Below are positions 49,990-61,162 of a DNA stretch of 64,000 bases, piece by piece. Under the pieces are notes generated by a model, which saw nothing but the letters and a program-made list of their open reading frames with translations, made no database searches and was not told the DNA's origin. A program made the translations under genes and the position numbers. Position 1 is the stretch's first letter; each line of letters begins with the position of its first letter. Source of the DNA: Pirellulales bacterium (GTDB lineage: Bacteria > Planctomycetota > Planctomycetia > Pirellulales > PALSA-1355); assembly GCA_963733035.1 (NCBI GenBank), contig CAVTBU010000008.1, forward strand, positions 1-64,000, given 5' to 3'.

Positions 49990-52353
49990 ATGTCTGGCCG
50001 TAAAGTAATCGTAACGATTGTCTGCTTGGTGGGAATTCACGTCGCCGTGTCCACCTTTGCACAGGACGAGACCAGATCCGCGCCTCGCCGCCCGTCGCTC
50101 GCCGAGCGGCTGCAGCGATTTCGCCAGGACCTGTTCGGTGGAGACTCGAGCCGGCAGCGTATCGGGGACGAAGTCCCCGGTCCACGTTCTAACGGCTGGG
50201 CATTACCCAACGGGTCAAGCAGTTCGCGTCCCGTAATGGTAGCGCCACCCGGACCGCAACCCCAGCCATCAATGGCCGAAGCGTCACCAACTGCACAGCC
50301 CCAGAATTCTCGCTCGATCACGGTGTCGCCTCGGATGCAACTTCAATCGGCACGCCGCGCCAAGAGCGGTGCCCCACCGGTAACGGTGATCACGCCCAAC
50401 GGCGACAAAACGGCCACCAGACTAAACACCGGTTCACCGCGCCGCCCTCTTCAGGAGACGCGCCGCCGGGCCCTTGGCGAGCCCGCCGCCGAAGAGGCCG
50501 AAGAAATCGAGATCATCGAGGAAGATGTCGTGCAGCGAGTCGACGAGCCGCTCGACAACGACCCGGAAGACGCGCAAGCAATGGAAGTGGTCGAGGAATC
50601 CATCGCCGAAGTTCCGTCCGAACAACCGACGGCGGCGGCCGAAACCAATCCGATCAGAGGCGACGCCCCAACCGACTGGCAGCACTACGGCGAAGAATCG
50701 CCGGAGCCGACTGAGTCTGAGGTTGACATCGAGGAAGCGGCGCCGCGAACCTTCCAGAATGGAAACAAACTACGACCGACTGAGCAGGACGCGTCGGTCG
50801 ACGAGCCGCAGTCAACCGCTACCGCCGAACCCGTCGCTGTTCCGCTCGAGGAATCGACCAGCGACGTGTTATTTACGACACAAAGTCCGGTGCTTGCCGT
50901 GGTCGCGAGCGGACCGCGAACCGTCATGATCGGGGAAGAGGCGGAGTTCGTCGTCAAGGTGACGAACTCAGGCGCCGCGGCCAACAACGTCGCAATCAAG
51001 GTGATCGTTCCGCACTATGCCGACGTGGCTTCGTCCCGCCCGAGCTCGGGCAGCGCCCAGCCGCCGTCGCGCGGCGATTTGAATTCGGGCCTGGAATGGA
51101 CCATCGACCGACTCGAAGCCGGCGACGAGGAATCGCTGACCCTAAAACTCATTCCGCGCAAGAGCTCACCGCTCGATCTGGCCGTGAGTTACACGTTCGC
51201 GCCCGAGACCTCACAGACGATGGTCGAAGTGCAAGAGCCGAAGCTGGCCATGAACATTTCCGGTCCAAGCGAAGTGCTGTTTGGCCAAACCAAAGTGTAC
51301 AAGCTGACTATTTCCAATCCGGGCAACGGTGACACACACAATGTCTCGGTGGGATTGCAGCCCATCGGCCGCAGCGGTGAAACGCAGGGCACCCATCGCC
51401 TGGGCACACTAGCGGCCGGCGAAAGCAAGACGATTGACATCGAACTGACGGCGCGACAGGCCGGGCCTATTGCGATCAAGGCACAAAGCTTTGCCGATGG
51501 CGGACTCCGAGCCGAAGCGGCCCAGGAAGTGCTCGTGCGCCGGGCGGAGTTGCAAGTCAAAGTCGAGGCACCTCACGTCAAGTACGCTGGGACACCGGCC
51601 AGCTACCAGATCATCGTACAAAACACTGGCGACGCTCTGGCCGACGGCGTCGAACTATCGGCTGTGCTGCCGCCCGAAGCCAAGTTTCTGGCCGCCGGCG
51701 GCGGACGTCTCGATCCGCAACAGGGACGTGTCACTTGGATCGTCGGGGCGCTTCCGGCGGGTGGCGAACGACTCTTTGAACTGCAATGCGTCCTCAACAC
51801 TCCCGGCGAGAATCGCCTGCAAGTCTCCGTCGACGGTGGCGGCGAACTTACGGCCGCCGCTACCACGAGCACGCGTGTCGAAGCGATCGCCGATCTCAAA
51901 CTCGAGGTCCGCGACCCCCAAGGCCCAGTCGCGGTGGGTGACGATGCAGCCTATGAGATTCGGATTCGCAACCGCGGCACAAAGGCCGCCCAGGGCGTCG
52001 ACCTGGCAGTGTTCTTTTCCGAGGGGCTTGAGCCGACAACCGCCGACGGCGGACCGAATGACATCGGCACCGGCCAGGTCATATTCCGGCCCATCGCGTC
52101 GATTCCCGCCGGCGACACCGCCGTATTCCAGGTTCGCGCTCGCGCTGCCTCGCCCGGCAACCATGTGTTCCGGGCCGAGGTATTCTGCAAGGCGCTCGAT
52201 ACCAAACTTGCAGCCGAGGAGGCGACGCACTTCTACGGCGACCAGCGAACCGCTGCGCTACCCAAGCGTGAGCCGACGCTGGCCAAGCCTCGCGAAGCCA
52301 GCGACGAACCTCAGGCGCTGGAAGACGCCCCACCGACCAACCCCTACGAGTAG
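49990..52353 (+). CDS. Exported DUF11/OmcB-like repeat protein with a long acidic Pro-rich N-terminal region
   Basis: Signal peptide; four Ig-like repeats of the type Y/F.I.V.N.G...A..V. Confidence 0.8.
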   Translation: MSGRKVIVTIVCLVGIHVAVSTFAQDETRSAPRRPSLAERLQRFRQDLFGGDSSRQRIGDEVPGPRSNGWALPNGSSSSRPVMVAPPGPQPQPSMAEASPTAQPQNSRSITVSPRMQLQSARRAKSGAPPVTVITPNGDKTATRLNTGSPRRPLQETRRRALGEPAAEEAEEIEIIEEDVVQRVDEPLDNDPEDAQAMEVVEESIAEVPSEQPTAAAETNPIRGDAPTDWQHYGEESPEPTESEVDIEEAAPRTFQNGNKLRPTEQDASVDEPQSTATAEPVAVPLEESTSDVLFTTQSPVLAVVASGPRTVMIGEEAEFVVKVTNSGAAANNVAIKVIVPHYADVASSRPSSGSAQPPSRGDLNSGLEWTIDRLEAGDEESLTLKLIPRKSSPLDLAVSYTFAPETSQTMVEVQEPKLAMNISGPSEVLFGQTKVYKLTISNPGNGDTHNVSVGLQPIGRSGETQGTHRLGTLAAGESKTIDIELTARQAGPIAIKAQSFADGGLRAEAAQEVLVRRAELQVKVEAPHVKYAGTPASYQIIVQNTGDALADGVELSAVLPPEAKFLAAGGGRLDPQQGRVTWIVGALPAGGERLFELQCVLNTPGENRLQVSVDGGGELTAAATTSTRVEAIADLKLEVRDPQGPVAVGDDAAYEIRIRNRGTKAAQGVDLAVFFSEGLEPTTADGGPNDIGTGQVIFRPIASIPAGDTAVFQVRARAASPGNHVFRAEVFCKALDTKLAAEEATHFYGDQRTAALPKREPTLAKPREASDEPQALEDAPPTNPYE

Positions 52354-52661
52354 TCCACTCGCAGGTGGTCCGTCTGCGTGCTCAAGTCGCCTCCAGGTCG
52401 GGTGCTACCCCCGCTTTACTTCGGTTGACGGTCAATTCGCCGGCCACGTCAGCGAGCTTCACGCCTCCCCTCCCGACAGCCGACTGGCGACTCAAGCCAT
52501 TTGGCTACAGGGGTTTATACGCGATCACCGGCACGCATAAACCAATGTTTGTCGGTCGGCACGCTTCGGCTATAATTCGCCGCCCTTGAGCCGGGGACCT
52601 TGGCTCTGGAGCCTCGCGCGAGGCGACCATCAATCCACTGCGGGCACGCGAAATAGATTTC

Positions 52662-53720
52662 ATGCGCGGATTGCATTGTTGCGGACTACTGATTGCGGTG
52701 CTGGCCGGCGCCGGTTGCGGAACGACCAAGTGGTCGGATTCGCCACGGACCGCCACGGAACAATTGCTGATTTCCGACGCCGTTGATCGTGCGGTCAGCG
52801 AGATCGACTTTAGCGCGCTCGAAGACCGCAGCGTCTATCTCGACACGCGGTTCATCGCCACCACGCTCGACCAGAATTACGTAACTAGTACGCTTCGGCA
52901 GCACATGTTGGCCAGCGGTTGTGTTATCAAAGACAAACCGGAGGAATCGGACTACGTCGTCGAGGTCCGCACCGGTTCGCTGGGCACCAATCGCAACGAT
53001 GTCTTGATTGGCATTCCGGCCACGCAGCTCCCCAGCGTCGGCTTGCTTCCCACCGGGGCCGCCGCGATCCCTGAAATCGCGCTGTCCAAACGCACTAGCC
53101 AGCAGGCCGTCTGCAAGATTGCTGTTTTCGCGTACGATCGCATGTCCGGGCGTCCCGTGTGGCAATCAGGAAATCGCAAGGTCGCAAGCTCCTCCAAGGA
53201 CATTTGGCTCTTCGGAACCGGACCGTTCCAACGAGGCAACATCTATGACGGCACGGCATTCGCCGGCGAGAAAATCAAAGTCCCCTTGCGAAAAACAGAT
53301 AACGTCCGGAAGAGTGCGACCAGCATGTCTGTCGGACAGGAACGCCGATTCAACCACCGGGCCGAAAATCAACTCGACGACTCTGGCAAGGTGGAAAATG
53401 CCGGCTACTCATCGCCGCTTCCAAAAGTCGAAAACCCTGGTGTAACGCCGGCCGTCGAAACTCCCGCCGGCGTGCCAGCGACGGCCGCCAAACCCGACGC
53501 CAAAGCAGGTGCCAAAGTTGACGCCGACACACCGCGAAAAGCCGCCTACACACCGCCGCCGTCGAAGCCTGCGACCACGGCGCCTGCCGGTAGCGGGCTG
53601 CAGGGAAATCTAAGCGCGCAAAAGATTGCGCCTATCACCAACCCGGCAGTCACGACAGCTGGGGCCGTGCAGACCTTCAACATCGCTCGACAGCTGCTGG
53701 ACAAGAATCAAACGCCGTGA
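52662..53720 (+). CDS. Hypothetical lipoprotein (DUF6655-like)
   Basis: Lipobox GAGC; RTATEQLLISDAVDRAV. Confidence 0.75.
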   Translation: MRGLHCCGLLIAVLAGAGCGTTKWSDSPRTATEQLLISDAVDRAVSEIDFSALEDRSVYLDTRFIATTLDQNYVTSTLRQHMLASGCVIKDKPEESDYVVEVRTGSLGTNRNDVLIGIPATQLPSVGLLPTGAAAIPEIALSKRTSQQAVCKIAVFAYDRMSGRPVWQSGNRKVASSSKDIWLFGTGPFQRGNIYDGTAFAGEKIKVPLRKTDNVRKSATSMSVGQERRFNHRAENQLDDSGKVENAGYSSPLPKVENPGVTPAVETPAGVPATAAKPDAKAGAKVDADTPRKAAYTPPPSKPATTAPAGSGLQGNLSAQKIAPITNPAVTTAGAVQTFNIARQLLDKNQTP

Positions 53721-53764
53721 TGAGCCGTGGCGATCTGCCAGAACTGGCGGTCGTTTCGGCCCGG

Positions 53765-55006
53765 CTATCGCGACGCAATCGGTTCGAACAACAAGGGCTC
53801 AGATGCCAACGGGTCGCCAATTCGAATAGCGACCCGTCCCGCGAGCAAGTCCTCGATCATCCGACCTACGACTTCAGCGCGCCAGCCACAACCAAGCAAC
53901 GGTGGACCGTCGTCGACGTTTGTCAATCCCAGGCGATAGGCCACCAATTCGCGCACGTCACTAGCCGTCCCGACAATGCTCGGGGCCAACTCGGCCGACC
54001 GACAGATACCCGCCAAGGCAGTGGAAAGGAACTGTCCCAACACGTTGAGTTGAGCCGGAACTTCTCGCTGCTGGGGCGCCGGCAGCTCGCTATCGGGAAG
54101 TTCCATGCCCCGTTTGACGGCGGCCGCAAGCTGCGGCAACGCGCACTCCAGGTCGCGACGCTCCATCCCCCTCACGGCTCGAATCTGTTTGAGCTCGCAA
54201 CTCTTCCGCTTGGCCAACTCAATAATCAAGTCGTCGCGCAACACCCGTCGAGTCGGACAGTTTCGCTTCTCGGCCTCGCGCTCGCGCCATCGCCACACCT
54301 CGCGAACGATGGCCAAATTGCGCCGCGAAAGTCCCGACGTGCCCGACACCTTCCACCATCGCTCGCCGCCGCGCGTCGCGGCAACGTCGCTTTGCCAGCT
54401 CTGCATCTCGCCGTCCAGCCACGCCGTGCGGTCGAGTTCCTCCAGCCGCCCTCGCAGCTTCTCCGCCAGGGCGTCCAAATATCGCACGTCGTCCAAGGCA
54501 TAAGACAGCTGGCTGGCGGAAAGTGGCCGACGGCGCCAATCGGTGCGGGTCTCGCCCTTGTGCAGGCGTGTGCCCAGCAGCTTGAACAGCAATGACCCGT
54601 AGCCTGCAGGATACTCATACCCTACTAGCCCGGCCGCGATTTGAATGTCGAACAGGTCGGTTGGCGGCTTGCCCACCGCCGCCAGACAAAACAGCAACTC
54701 CTCGCGGCCGGCGTGCACGATCGTTTGGTGCCCTGGAGCGGCTAGGACTTTCCAAAATGGTGTAACATCGGAAATTGTCTGTGGATCGATGACCGCCATC
54801 CGCCCCGCCGCGGCAACCTGAATCAAGCACAATTCCGGCCGGTATGTGTGCTCGGAAACAAACTCCGTGTCAAATGCGATACTCGGCGCAGTTGCTAACT
54901 CGCGGCAGAGTCGCTGGAGCCCCGCGTCGGAAGTGATGTGGTCGTAGTCCGCATTCGCGTCGATTGAATCGAGCGGTTTCGGACGACCTTGATGCGCGTT
55001 TTTCAT
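53765..55006 (-). CDS. rnd: Ribonuclease D
   Basis: AFDTEF..LCLIQV, HAGREE, TDWRRRPL..YALDDV, HRDC region WREREA. Confidence 0.93.
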   Translation of the reverse strand: MKNAHQGRPKPLDSIDANADYDHITSDAGLQRLCRELATAPSIAFDTEFVSEHTYRPELCLIQVAAAGRMAVIDPQTISDVTPFWKVLAAPGHQTIVHAGREELLFCLAAVGKPPTDLFDIQIAAGLVGYEYPAGYGSLLFKLLGTRLHKGETRTDWRRRPLSASQLSYALDDVRYLDALAEKLRGRLEELDRTAWLDGEMQSWQSDVAATRGGERWWKVSGTSGLSRRNLAIVREVWRWREREAEKRNCPTRRVLRDDLIIELAKRKSCELKQIRAVRGMERRDLECALPQLAAAVKRGMELPDSELPAPQQREVPAQLNVLGQFLSTALAGICRSAELAPSIVGTASDVRELVAYRLGLTNVDDGPPLLGCGWRAEVVGRMIEDLLAGRVAIRIGDPLASEPLLFEPIASR

Positions 55007-55076
55007 CTAGCGCTGAATTGTATCACTCGGCACGAGATTGGGCCACCGAACGTTTCTCCGCCCGTGAGACTCGGTC

Positions 55077-56546
55077 TCACTCAACGAACAGCCAGGTGTT
55101 GATCGCCAGGATCGGCAGCAAGAAGACCACGCTATAAATCACGTAACCAAAGAAGCTCGGCATCCGCACGCCCGACTGTTCCGCTATGGACTTGACCATG
55201 AAATTAGGACCGTTGCCGATGTAAGTCATCGCTCCCATCAGCACCGCTCCCAGCGAAATCGCTTTCAGAAAGTTCTCGGCCACTCCGGCCACCTGTGTCG
55301 CGCTTTCCGTGGGCAGCGTTTGCGCGGTTTTGAAAAAGACCAGGTAGGTGGGAGCGTTGTCGAGGACCGCGGACAGGCCGCCCGTCGCCCAGAAGAACTT
55401 GGAAGCCGAATCGATTCCCAGATTCGAACCCCGAGCATTAAGAATCTCGAGCGCAGGTTGCATCGCCACGAAAATGCCGACGAACAAAGCGGCGACCTCA
55501 ACGATGGCAAAGTAGTCGAAATTATTGTCGTCGCGCACGAGCTGAGGTCCAAACGAGAGCGACAGGGACACCAGACCCAATTGCACCATTTCGCGCAAAT
55601 ACAGCCAGGGGTGCCAATCCGTGCCAGGAAAAACCTTGCCGGGATCGAGCAAGGCCACCGAGAATATCACGCCCATCAGCAACAACACGTTCGGCCATAC
55701 GCCCGAAAACCTCAGTTTGCGCACCAGCAATTCGTCGCGAACCAGGTCGAGCTTGGTCTCGTGCGGGTAATAGTAGAAGTGGTCAACAATGAAATAGACG
55801 GCCAGCAGCGTGCCATTGACGAATAGCCAGCTTTTCCACAGCGAAAGCGTCCACAGAAAATCCACGCCGTTCAGATAGCCCAGAAACAACGGCGGGTCGC
55901 CGATGGGCAACAGCAGTCCGCCGCAGTTGCAAACGACGAAAATAAAGAACACCACACTGTGAGCGACATATTTCCGTTCGCGATTTGTCTCCAGCAGCGG
56001 GCGAATCAGAAGCATCGCCGCGCCGGTGGTGCCAATAAAACTCGCCAGGACTCCACCTGCGGCTATAAACGCCGTGTTGGTTAGCGCGTGGGCCGGTAAA
56101 TCGCCGGTAATGCGGATTCCCCCGCTAATCGTATATAGGCTGAACAACAGCACGATGAACGGAATGTATTCGGAAATCACTACGTGTTGCAGCGTATGAG
56201 CGGCCAGCCCCAAGCTTCCTTCCGGATGCAGAAATGCCAGATAGCCGAGCGTCATCAAAGCCAAGTTGCCAGCGACGTAAAACTTGTGCAGATTATGTTC
56301 CCACCAGTGCGCCGTGTGCTCGACCAACGGCAGCAAGGCAATTGCGCCCAGCAGTATCGTGAAGGGAATCACCGCCCAAATATCGGCGATCTTGGCTGGG
56401 ACTTCATGCTCCCCATGGACCGCCACGGCGTGTGCGGCACGCGTCCAACCCAAGGCCGTCACCACGGCATAGGCCACCAGGATGATCAGAATGACAGATA
56501 CAACAGTCTTATGGGTGTTCCCCTTCCAGAAGCCCGTCGGCGTCAT
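55077..56546 (-). CDS. Putative Na+/H+ antiporter (IT superfamily)
   Basis: Multi-[45 protein letters not shown]. Confidence 0.88.
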   Translation of the reverse strand: MTPTGFWKGNTHKTVVSVILIILVAYAVVTALGWTRAAHAVAVHGEHEVPAKIADIWAVIPFTILLGAIALLPLVEHTAHWWEHNLHKFYVAGNLALMTLGYLAFLHPEGSLGLAAHTLQHVVISEYIPFIVLLFSLYTISGGIRITGDLPAHALTNTAFIAAGGVLASFIGTTGAAMLLIRPLLETNRERKYVAHSVVFFIFVVCNCGGLLLPIGDPPLFLGYLNGVDFLWTLSLWKSWLFVNGTLLAVYFIVDHFYYYPHETKLDLVRDELLVRKLRFSGVWPNVLLLMGVIFSVALLDPGKVFPGTDWHPWLYLREMVQLGLVSLSLSFGPQLVRDDNNFDYFAIVEVAALFVGIFVAMQPALEILNARGSNLGIDSASKFFWATGGLSAVLDNAPTYLVFFKTAQTLPTESATQVAGVAENFLKAISLGAVLMGAMTYIGNGPNFMVKSIAEQSGVRMPSFFGYVIYSVVFLLPILAINTWLFVE

Positions 56547-56740
56547 ATGGCATCCCACTTGTGTCGTTAACTCGGAAGCGTCCTCAAGAGAAACCATTGG
56601 GCCCGGAAAATCAAGGGGGACTGGCAACCGTGATTGACGCGGGGCAACAGACGTGTGTGGACCTGCTGCCCGGACCGCGGACGTTTGCTAGACTGACCGT
56701 CGCTGATCATTCTCGGTTTTTGTTTGGACTGGCTTGGACA

Positions 56741-57274
56741 ATGGAAGTCTGGTTGCGCACCAACTCGCGCGCACTGCTATTCGGCATGATTCCACCCGCG
56801 CTGTTGGCGGGCATGGGACTGTTGCTACTCTTGGGCGTTCCGGGCCGCGAGCCACCGCTTTGGTTGCGCATTGTGGGTGGCCTGCTGCTCTTCGTTTCGC
56901 TGTTGACGATCGCGACGATCGCTTGGCAGGTGCGCAAGCCACGTCTGGCCTACCAACACGGCGAGCTACTTTTATGGTTGCGGTCCGGCAGTCCGATTCG
57001 TTTGCCGGTTGAAGCAGTCGAATGCTTTCTGCTCGGCCAAGCTCCCAGTTTGCTGCCAGGCAATGAAGGGCGCTGCGCGGAGACATCCGCGTTGATCCTC
57101 CGCGTGGCCGATCGCGCGGCCGACTGGCACCATCACGACGTGAAACCACAATTGGGAAAGTGGTGTGAAGGCTACATCACGATTCGCGGCACCTGGTGCG
57201 AGCCGCTCAGTGTTCCGCTGGTCAACCGCCTAAACGCACGGCTGGCGGAAGTCAGTCGCGCAACTTCTCGCTAG
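56741..57274 (+). CDS. Hypothetical two-TM protein
   Basis: ORF with two hydrophobic helices, 24 nt upstream of mfnB. Confidence 0.7.
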   Translation: MEVWLRTNSRALLFGMIPPALLAGMGLLLLLGVPGREPPLWLRIVGGLLLFVSLLTIATIAWQVRKPRLAYQHGELLLWLRSGSPIRLPVEAVECFLLGQAPSLLPGNEGRCAETSALILRVADRAADWHHHDVKPQLGKWCEGYITIRGTWCEPLSVPLVNRLNARLAEVSRATSR

Positions 57275-57298
57275 CATGTCCCCCGGACGTTTGAAACG

Positions 57299-58006
57299 AT
57301 GACGAAACTATTGGTAAGCGTCCGCAACGTCGCCGAAGCCCTCACGGCACTCGACGCTGGTGTCGATCTAATCGATGTCAAGGAACCGGACCGGGGAGCA
57401 CTGGGGGCGGCCGATGCCACGACCATCGCGGCGGTGGTGGCCGCGGTCGACAACCAGAGGCCGACCAGCGCGGCGCTTGGCGAACTGACGCAGCTTGCCG
57501 TCTCGCCCGCGTGGCTGCCTCCGGGGCTGTGCTACGCGAAGCTGGGATTGGCGGGATGTGCCCGGCGACAGACCTGGCATGACAGCTTGCGAGCGGCTAT
57601 CGAAACATTTCCCATCGGCGTCGCGGCGGTCGTCGTGGCCTATGCCGATTGGCAACTTGCGGTTGCTCCTCCGCCGTGGGAGATCTTGTCACAAGCCAAG
57701 GAACTTGGCTGCCGGGGAGTGCTGCTCGACACGTTCGAAAAGCAACGCGGAACGTTGCGAGACTACTTCTCAACTCCTGATTTGCGGCGGTGGCTTGGGT
57801 CAGCTCGAAAGGCGGGCCTGATGTCGGTTGTGGCCGGCGGGTTGGTGCTCGACGACACGGCAACGATCGCCCAATTGGAGCCGGATTACGTCGGCGTCCG
57901 CGGTGCCGCGTGCGACGACGGACGTCGCGGAACGATCGACCGTCGACGCGTCCGTCAGCTGCTGCAAGCGCTTTGCCGAGTGCCCGTCGACGTAACCCAG
58001 TCCTGA
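57299..58006 (+). CDS. mfnB: (5-formylfuran-3-yl)methyl phosphate synthase (methanofuran biosynthesis)
   Basis: LLVSVRN..EA, IDVKEP.RGALG, SAALGE, YAKLGL, VAYAD, LLDTFEK, VGVRGAAC. Confidence 0.88.
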   Translation: MTKLLVSVRNVAEALTALDAGVDLIDVKEPDRGALGAADATTIAAVVAAVDNQRPTSAALGELTQLAVSPAWLPPGLCYAKLGLAGCARRQTWHDSLRAAIETFPIGVAAVVVAYADWQLAVAPPPWEILSQAKELGCRGVLLDTFEKQRGTLRDYFSTPDLRRWLGSARKAGLMSVVAGGLVLDDTATIAQLEPDYVGVRGAACDDGRRGTIDRRRVRQLLQALCRVPVDVTQS

Positions 58007-58271
58007 TTTCCCGACTTTTCAGCGAATCATCGCCCGACGAGCTTGGCCAAACAACTGTTTGCGCGTGTTAACAATTGGTTGTTCATAAAATTGCTTGACA
58101 AACGGCGACAGCGCGGAATACTCAAGGTCCCCAGTGCCGCAGGGTAGCCGCCGCGAGATAAGCGGCGGATGTGGCGCGCAATCTGTCGATCGAAATCCTC
58201 TCAGCCAACCTTTCCGACCGCCTGCGTGCCTCGCGATATCGATGGCCAACCTTTAAGCAAGGAGCTTCACG

Positions 58272-58490
58272 GTGCCACATTCCACTTCGGAACCGCAAAC
58301 GGTTCTGGACGCGATCCGCATGAAATTATGGGACTACGAGCCCAGCGAACTTGAAGCCGAAGACTTCGAAGCCTGCCCGTCGATGCCGGGAACTCCCGAT
58401 AAGCTCTCCATGCTAGCCGAGCGTGTCCGCCGCGGCCTGCCGCTTTGGCATCCATCCGATCGGCAGGACTGCGAAGACTTGATCACTTAG
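58272..58490 (+). CDS. Small hypothetical protein
   Basis: AAGGAG RBS with GTG start; MPGTPDKLSMLAERVRRGLPLWHPSDR. Confidence 0.7.
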   Translation: MPHSTSEPQTVLDAIRMKLWDYEPSELEAEDFEACPSMPGTPDKLSMLAERVRRGLPLWHPSDRQDCEDLIT

Positions 58491-58655
58491 CGCGGGCCTC
58501 CCCCTCACTGGAAGAAAGCGCGTCTCGACGAACCCGGTGCCGGTTTCCATCATCGCGGATTCGCGTTACGATAATACAAGCCGGAAACTGAACTCAAAAG
58601 TCACTCGCGCCGGCGGAATCTACGATCTCATTTCTTTAGTAGGAATTGCTCGATC

Positions 58656-58958
58656 ATGCCCAGCCTATCGATCAAGGTGCCCCATACGCTTTCGGCCGAA
58701 GAAGCCACGTCGCGTTTGAAGACGTTTTTCGAAAAGCTCAAGGAGCGTCACGCGGACAAAATGAGCAACCTCGAGGAAAGCTGGGAGGGCAATCACCTCG
58801 ACTACGCCTTTTCGACATTTGGTTTCAATATCAAGGGCGATATGAACGTCGAACCCAACGAGGTTTGCGTGAACGGCTCGCTCCCGTTCGCAGCCATGAT
58901 GTTCAAGGGCAAGATCGAGCAGTCGGTCCGCGAAGAGTTGGAAAAGGTCTTGGCCTAA
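58656..58958 (+). CDS. Polyhydroxyalkanoic-acid-system family small protein
   Basis: VPHTLSAEEA..RL, FSTFGFNIKG, LPFAAMMFKGKIE; AGGA RBS. Confidence 0.75.
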   Translation: MPSLSIKVPHTLSAEEATSRLKTFFEKLKERHADKMSNLEESWEGNHLDYAFSTFGFNIKGDMNVEPNEVCVNGSLPFAAMMFKGKIEQSVREELEKVLA

Positions 58959-59018
58959 CGCGCACGTTTTGGCCCTGTTCAACCGATCGCGACGTTCTAT
59001 CCGGCGACTTTTGCGCGG

Positions 59019-60161
59019 TTAGTTCCGCGCGCGGACGGCAACCTTGCGCCCTTGCCGACGAATCTCCAGTCCCGTGTTCGCGAAAACTGTTTTGAGCAGC
59101 GTATCCAGATCTGCGTTCTCGACCTTAACGGTCACCAACTGATCGGCGGCGATCCCGGCCGCTTTGGTGGCATCGCGATCCCATTCAAACTGAAGCTCCA
59201 GTCGCCTCGCCAGTTCGTCGACCAGTTTGTCGAGCGCGGCGTTCTCGACGGCAAGTTGATAAACCTCCTCGCCGGCGGTCACCGTGGTCCTATTCGTTGG
59301 CTTACCGCGCATGCGTCGCTCGATCTGTTCATGGTCTTCGACGGATGCCGCCACCTGAATCTTGTTGTCGTCGAGGCGGATCTTAGCTTGGGGCAAGTCC
59401 TGCGCCCAACGGCGAGCCACACCCCGCGCGGTCCGGCCGCCGTCATAACTACGGGTGAGCAAGACCTCTTCCGGAATATCCACCAGTTCGATGCTCCGTC
59501 CCTGATCTTCGATGCGATACGTAAGGCCGAATTGAGCGGTCAGCAGCGTCAAGCGATCGAGCCAACTCAGTGGTGGCAGGTCCGTCTCCGGCCAGAGGTC
59601 ATGGGGAATACGCTCTGGATTCTTGACCTCGACGCCCGCCTCAGCGGCAAGTTCCGCCAGCAGCGTGCGAGGTTCGGCCAGCATGCTCCAATGCCAGCTG
59701 CGCTGCATCAGCAGCTTACGTCTCGCGTCGGCAGGCATTTGACGAACATCCTCCAGCTGCAACGCCGCCAACGTGCGCAATCGCGACGAGACGTGGCGCG
59801 GACCGAAGTAGGCGACGGGACCGAATTGGCTGTAGCCAATCTTCTGCTGCGCAGCGATATGCTGCAGTGCCTCGCGTAGTGGTTGACCGTCAATGACCAT
59901 TTCAATGGTTTCGCCCGGATCCACTCGCCGGTCGCGCAGAATCGCCACGTGCGATGTATCAGACAGGCCGGCCAAAGCGCGGGCGAAGGACGTTCCATGC
60001 CAGGAAACTCGCACTGGCGCTTCGAGTTGCTGCTCGAGCGTCGGCCCCGTCGACCAGCCTGACGTCTCGGCGGAGATGCCACGACGGCAGGGAAGTAAGA
60101 TCGCCACGGCGCAAGCGGCAACCGCGACGAATGCCAGCACAAGTTTTCTCAAACGAAACAC
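59019..60161 (-). CDS. Hypothetical exported protein with STN-like repeats
   Basis: Hydrophobic N-terminus; DRRVDPG..I.M...GQPL..AL and C-terminal VTVKVENADL..LL. Confidence 0.65.
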   Translation of the reverse strand: MFRLRKLVLAFVAVAACAVAILLPCRRGISAETSGWSTGPTLEQQLEAPVRVSWHGTSFARALAGLSDTSHVAILRDRRVDPGETIEMVIDGQPLREALQHIAAQQKIGYSQFGPVAYFGPRHVSSRLRTLAALQLEDVRQMPADARRKLLMQRSWHWSMLAEPRTLLAELAAEAGVEVKNPERIPHDLWPETDLPPLSWLDRLTLLTAQFGLTYRIEDQGRSIELVDIPEEVLLTRSYDGGRTARGVARRWAQDLPQAKIRLDDNKIQVAASVEDHEQIERRMRGKPTNRTTVTAGEEVYQLAVENAALDKLVDELARRLELQFEWDRDATKAAGIAADQLVTVKVENADLDTLLKTVFANTGLEIRRQGRKVAVRARN

Positions 60162-60365
60162 GGCGGCAATTTCCCGACGGAAAGATAACGCTTTAGTTCT
60201 ATTGTTGATCGCGAGTCGCCCCGGAGGAAGCAGAATTCCTCGGCATTGGCAGGGGGGTTTGGTGATTGCGACGGCAGTGATTAGACTGGGTGAATCGGCC
60301 GGGTGCTACCGGCAAACTTTCTGCCAAACAGCGTGCTTCGGGCGGCTTTCGAGGAATTATCGACG

Positions 60366-61028
60366 ATGAACCACAGCACCCGCGGCCCGGTATTACACCG
60401 CATCTACAAGGCGTACCTGGTCGATCAGAACACGCACGCGTTTACTGCGGCGGTAACGAGTCGATATTCGATCGGCACGCTCGAACGCCTGGCTCAATGC
60501 GGCGACCGTATGGCTCGCCGTGCCGCCGTGTTGGCGCTGGGGCTATTCGGGGACTACAGCTCCAATGCGATCCTTGGGCGAGCGCTGCGCGACAACGACC
60601 GTGGCGTCCGGATGTTGGCTGAAAACGGCATCCGCACAATTTGGTGCCGCGTCGGCGATCGCGTGCAGCGCAAAGACCTGCAGGAAATCGTCGAGCTGAA
60701 TGCGGCCCGACGCTTCGACAGCTCCATCCGTCGTGCCACGAAACTGATTACGCAGGCACCTTGGCTGGCCGAAGCCTGGAACCAGCGGGCCCTTGCGCTG
60801 TTCAACCAGCGAAAGTATGCCGAGTCGATTGACGATTGCCATCAAGCGTTGGAAATCAACCCCTACCATTTTGGCGCCGCGACCGGCATGGCCCAGTGTC
60901 ATATGCACCAGGGGAACCGGCCGGCCGCTCTCGATTGCTTCCGGCGGGCGCTCGAACTCAATCCCAACCTGGAAGGCGTGCGGGCTCACGTGCATTACCT
61001 GCAGCGCACGCTCAAGAGCCAAGAGTAG
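60366..61028 (+). CDS. HEAT/TPR repeat protein
   Basis: RRAAVLALG, ALRD.DRGVR..AE, AEAWNQRA, ALEINPYHFGA, ALELNP. Confidence 0.88.
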   Translation: MNHSTRGPVLHRIYKAYLVDQNTHAFTAAVTSRYSIGTLERLAQCGDRMARRAAVLALGLFGDYSSNAILGRALRDNDRGVRMLAENGIRTIWCRVGDRVQRKDLQEIVELNAARRFDSSIRRATKLITQAPWLAEAWNQRALALFNQRKYAESIDDCHQALEINPYHFGAATGMAQCHMHQGNRPAALDCFRRALELNPNLEGVRAHVHYLQRTLKSQE

Positions 61029-61162
61029 TGGCTCTTTCCTAGAGCCGGCCAAGGAATGCCTTGGCGGCGCCGCGCAGCATTCAGCCGTCGTCCAAGCGAG
61101 GAACGGGTATTCTGGCTCGCTTCGTTTCCCGCAAGCGGCTATCCTGCTGCTCAGGTGGGACG

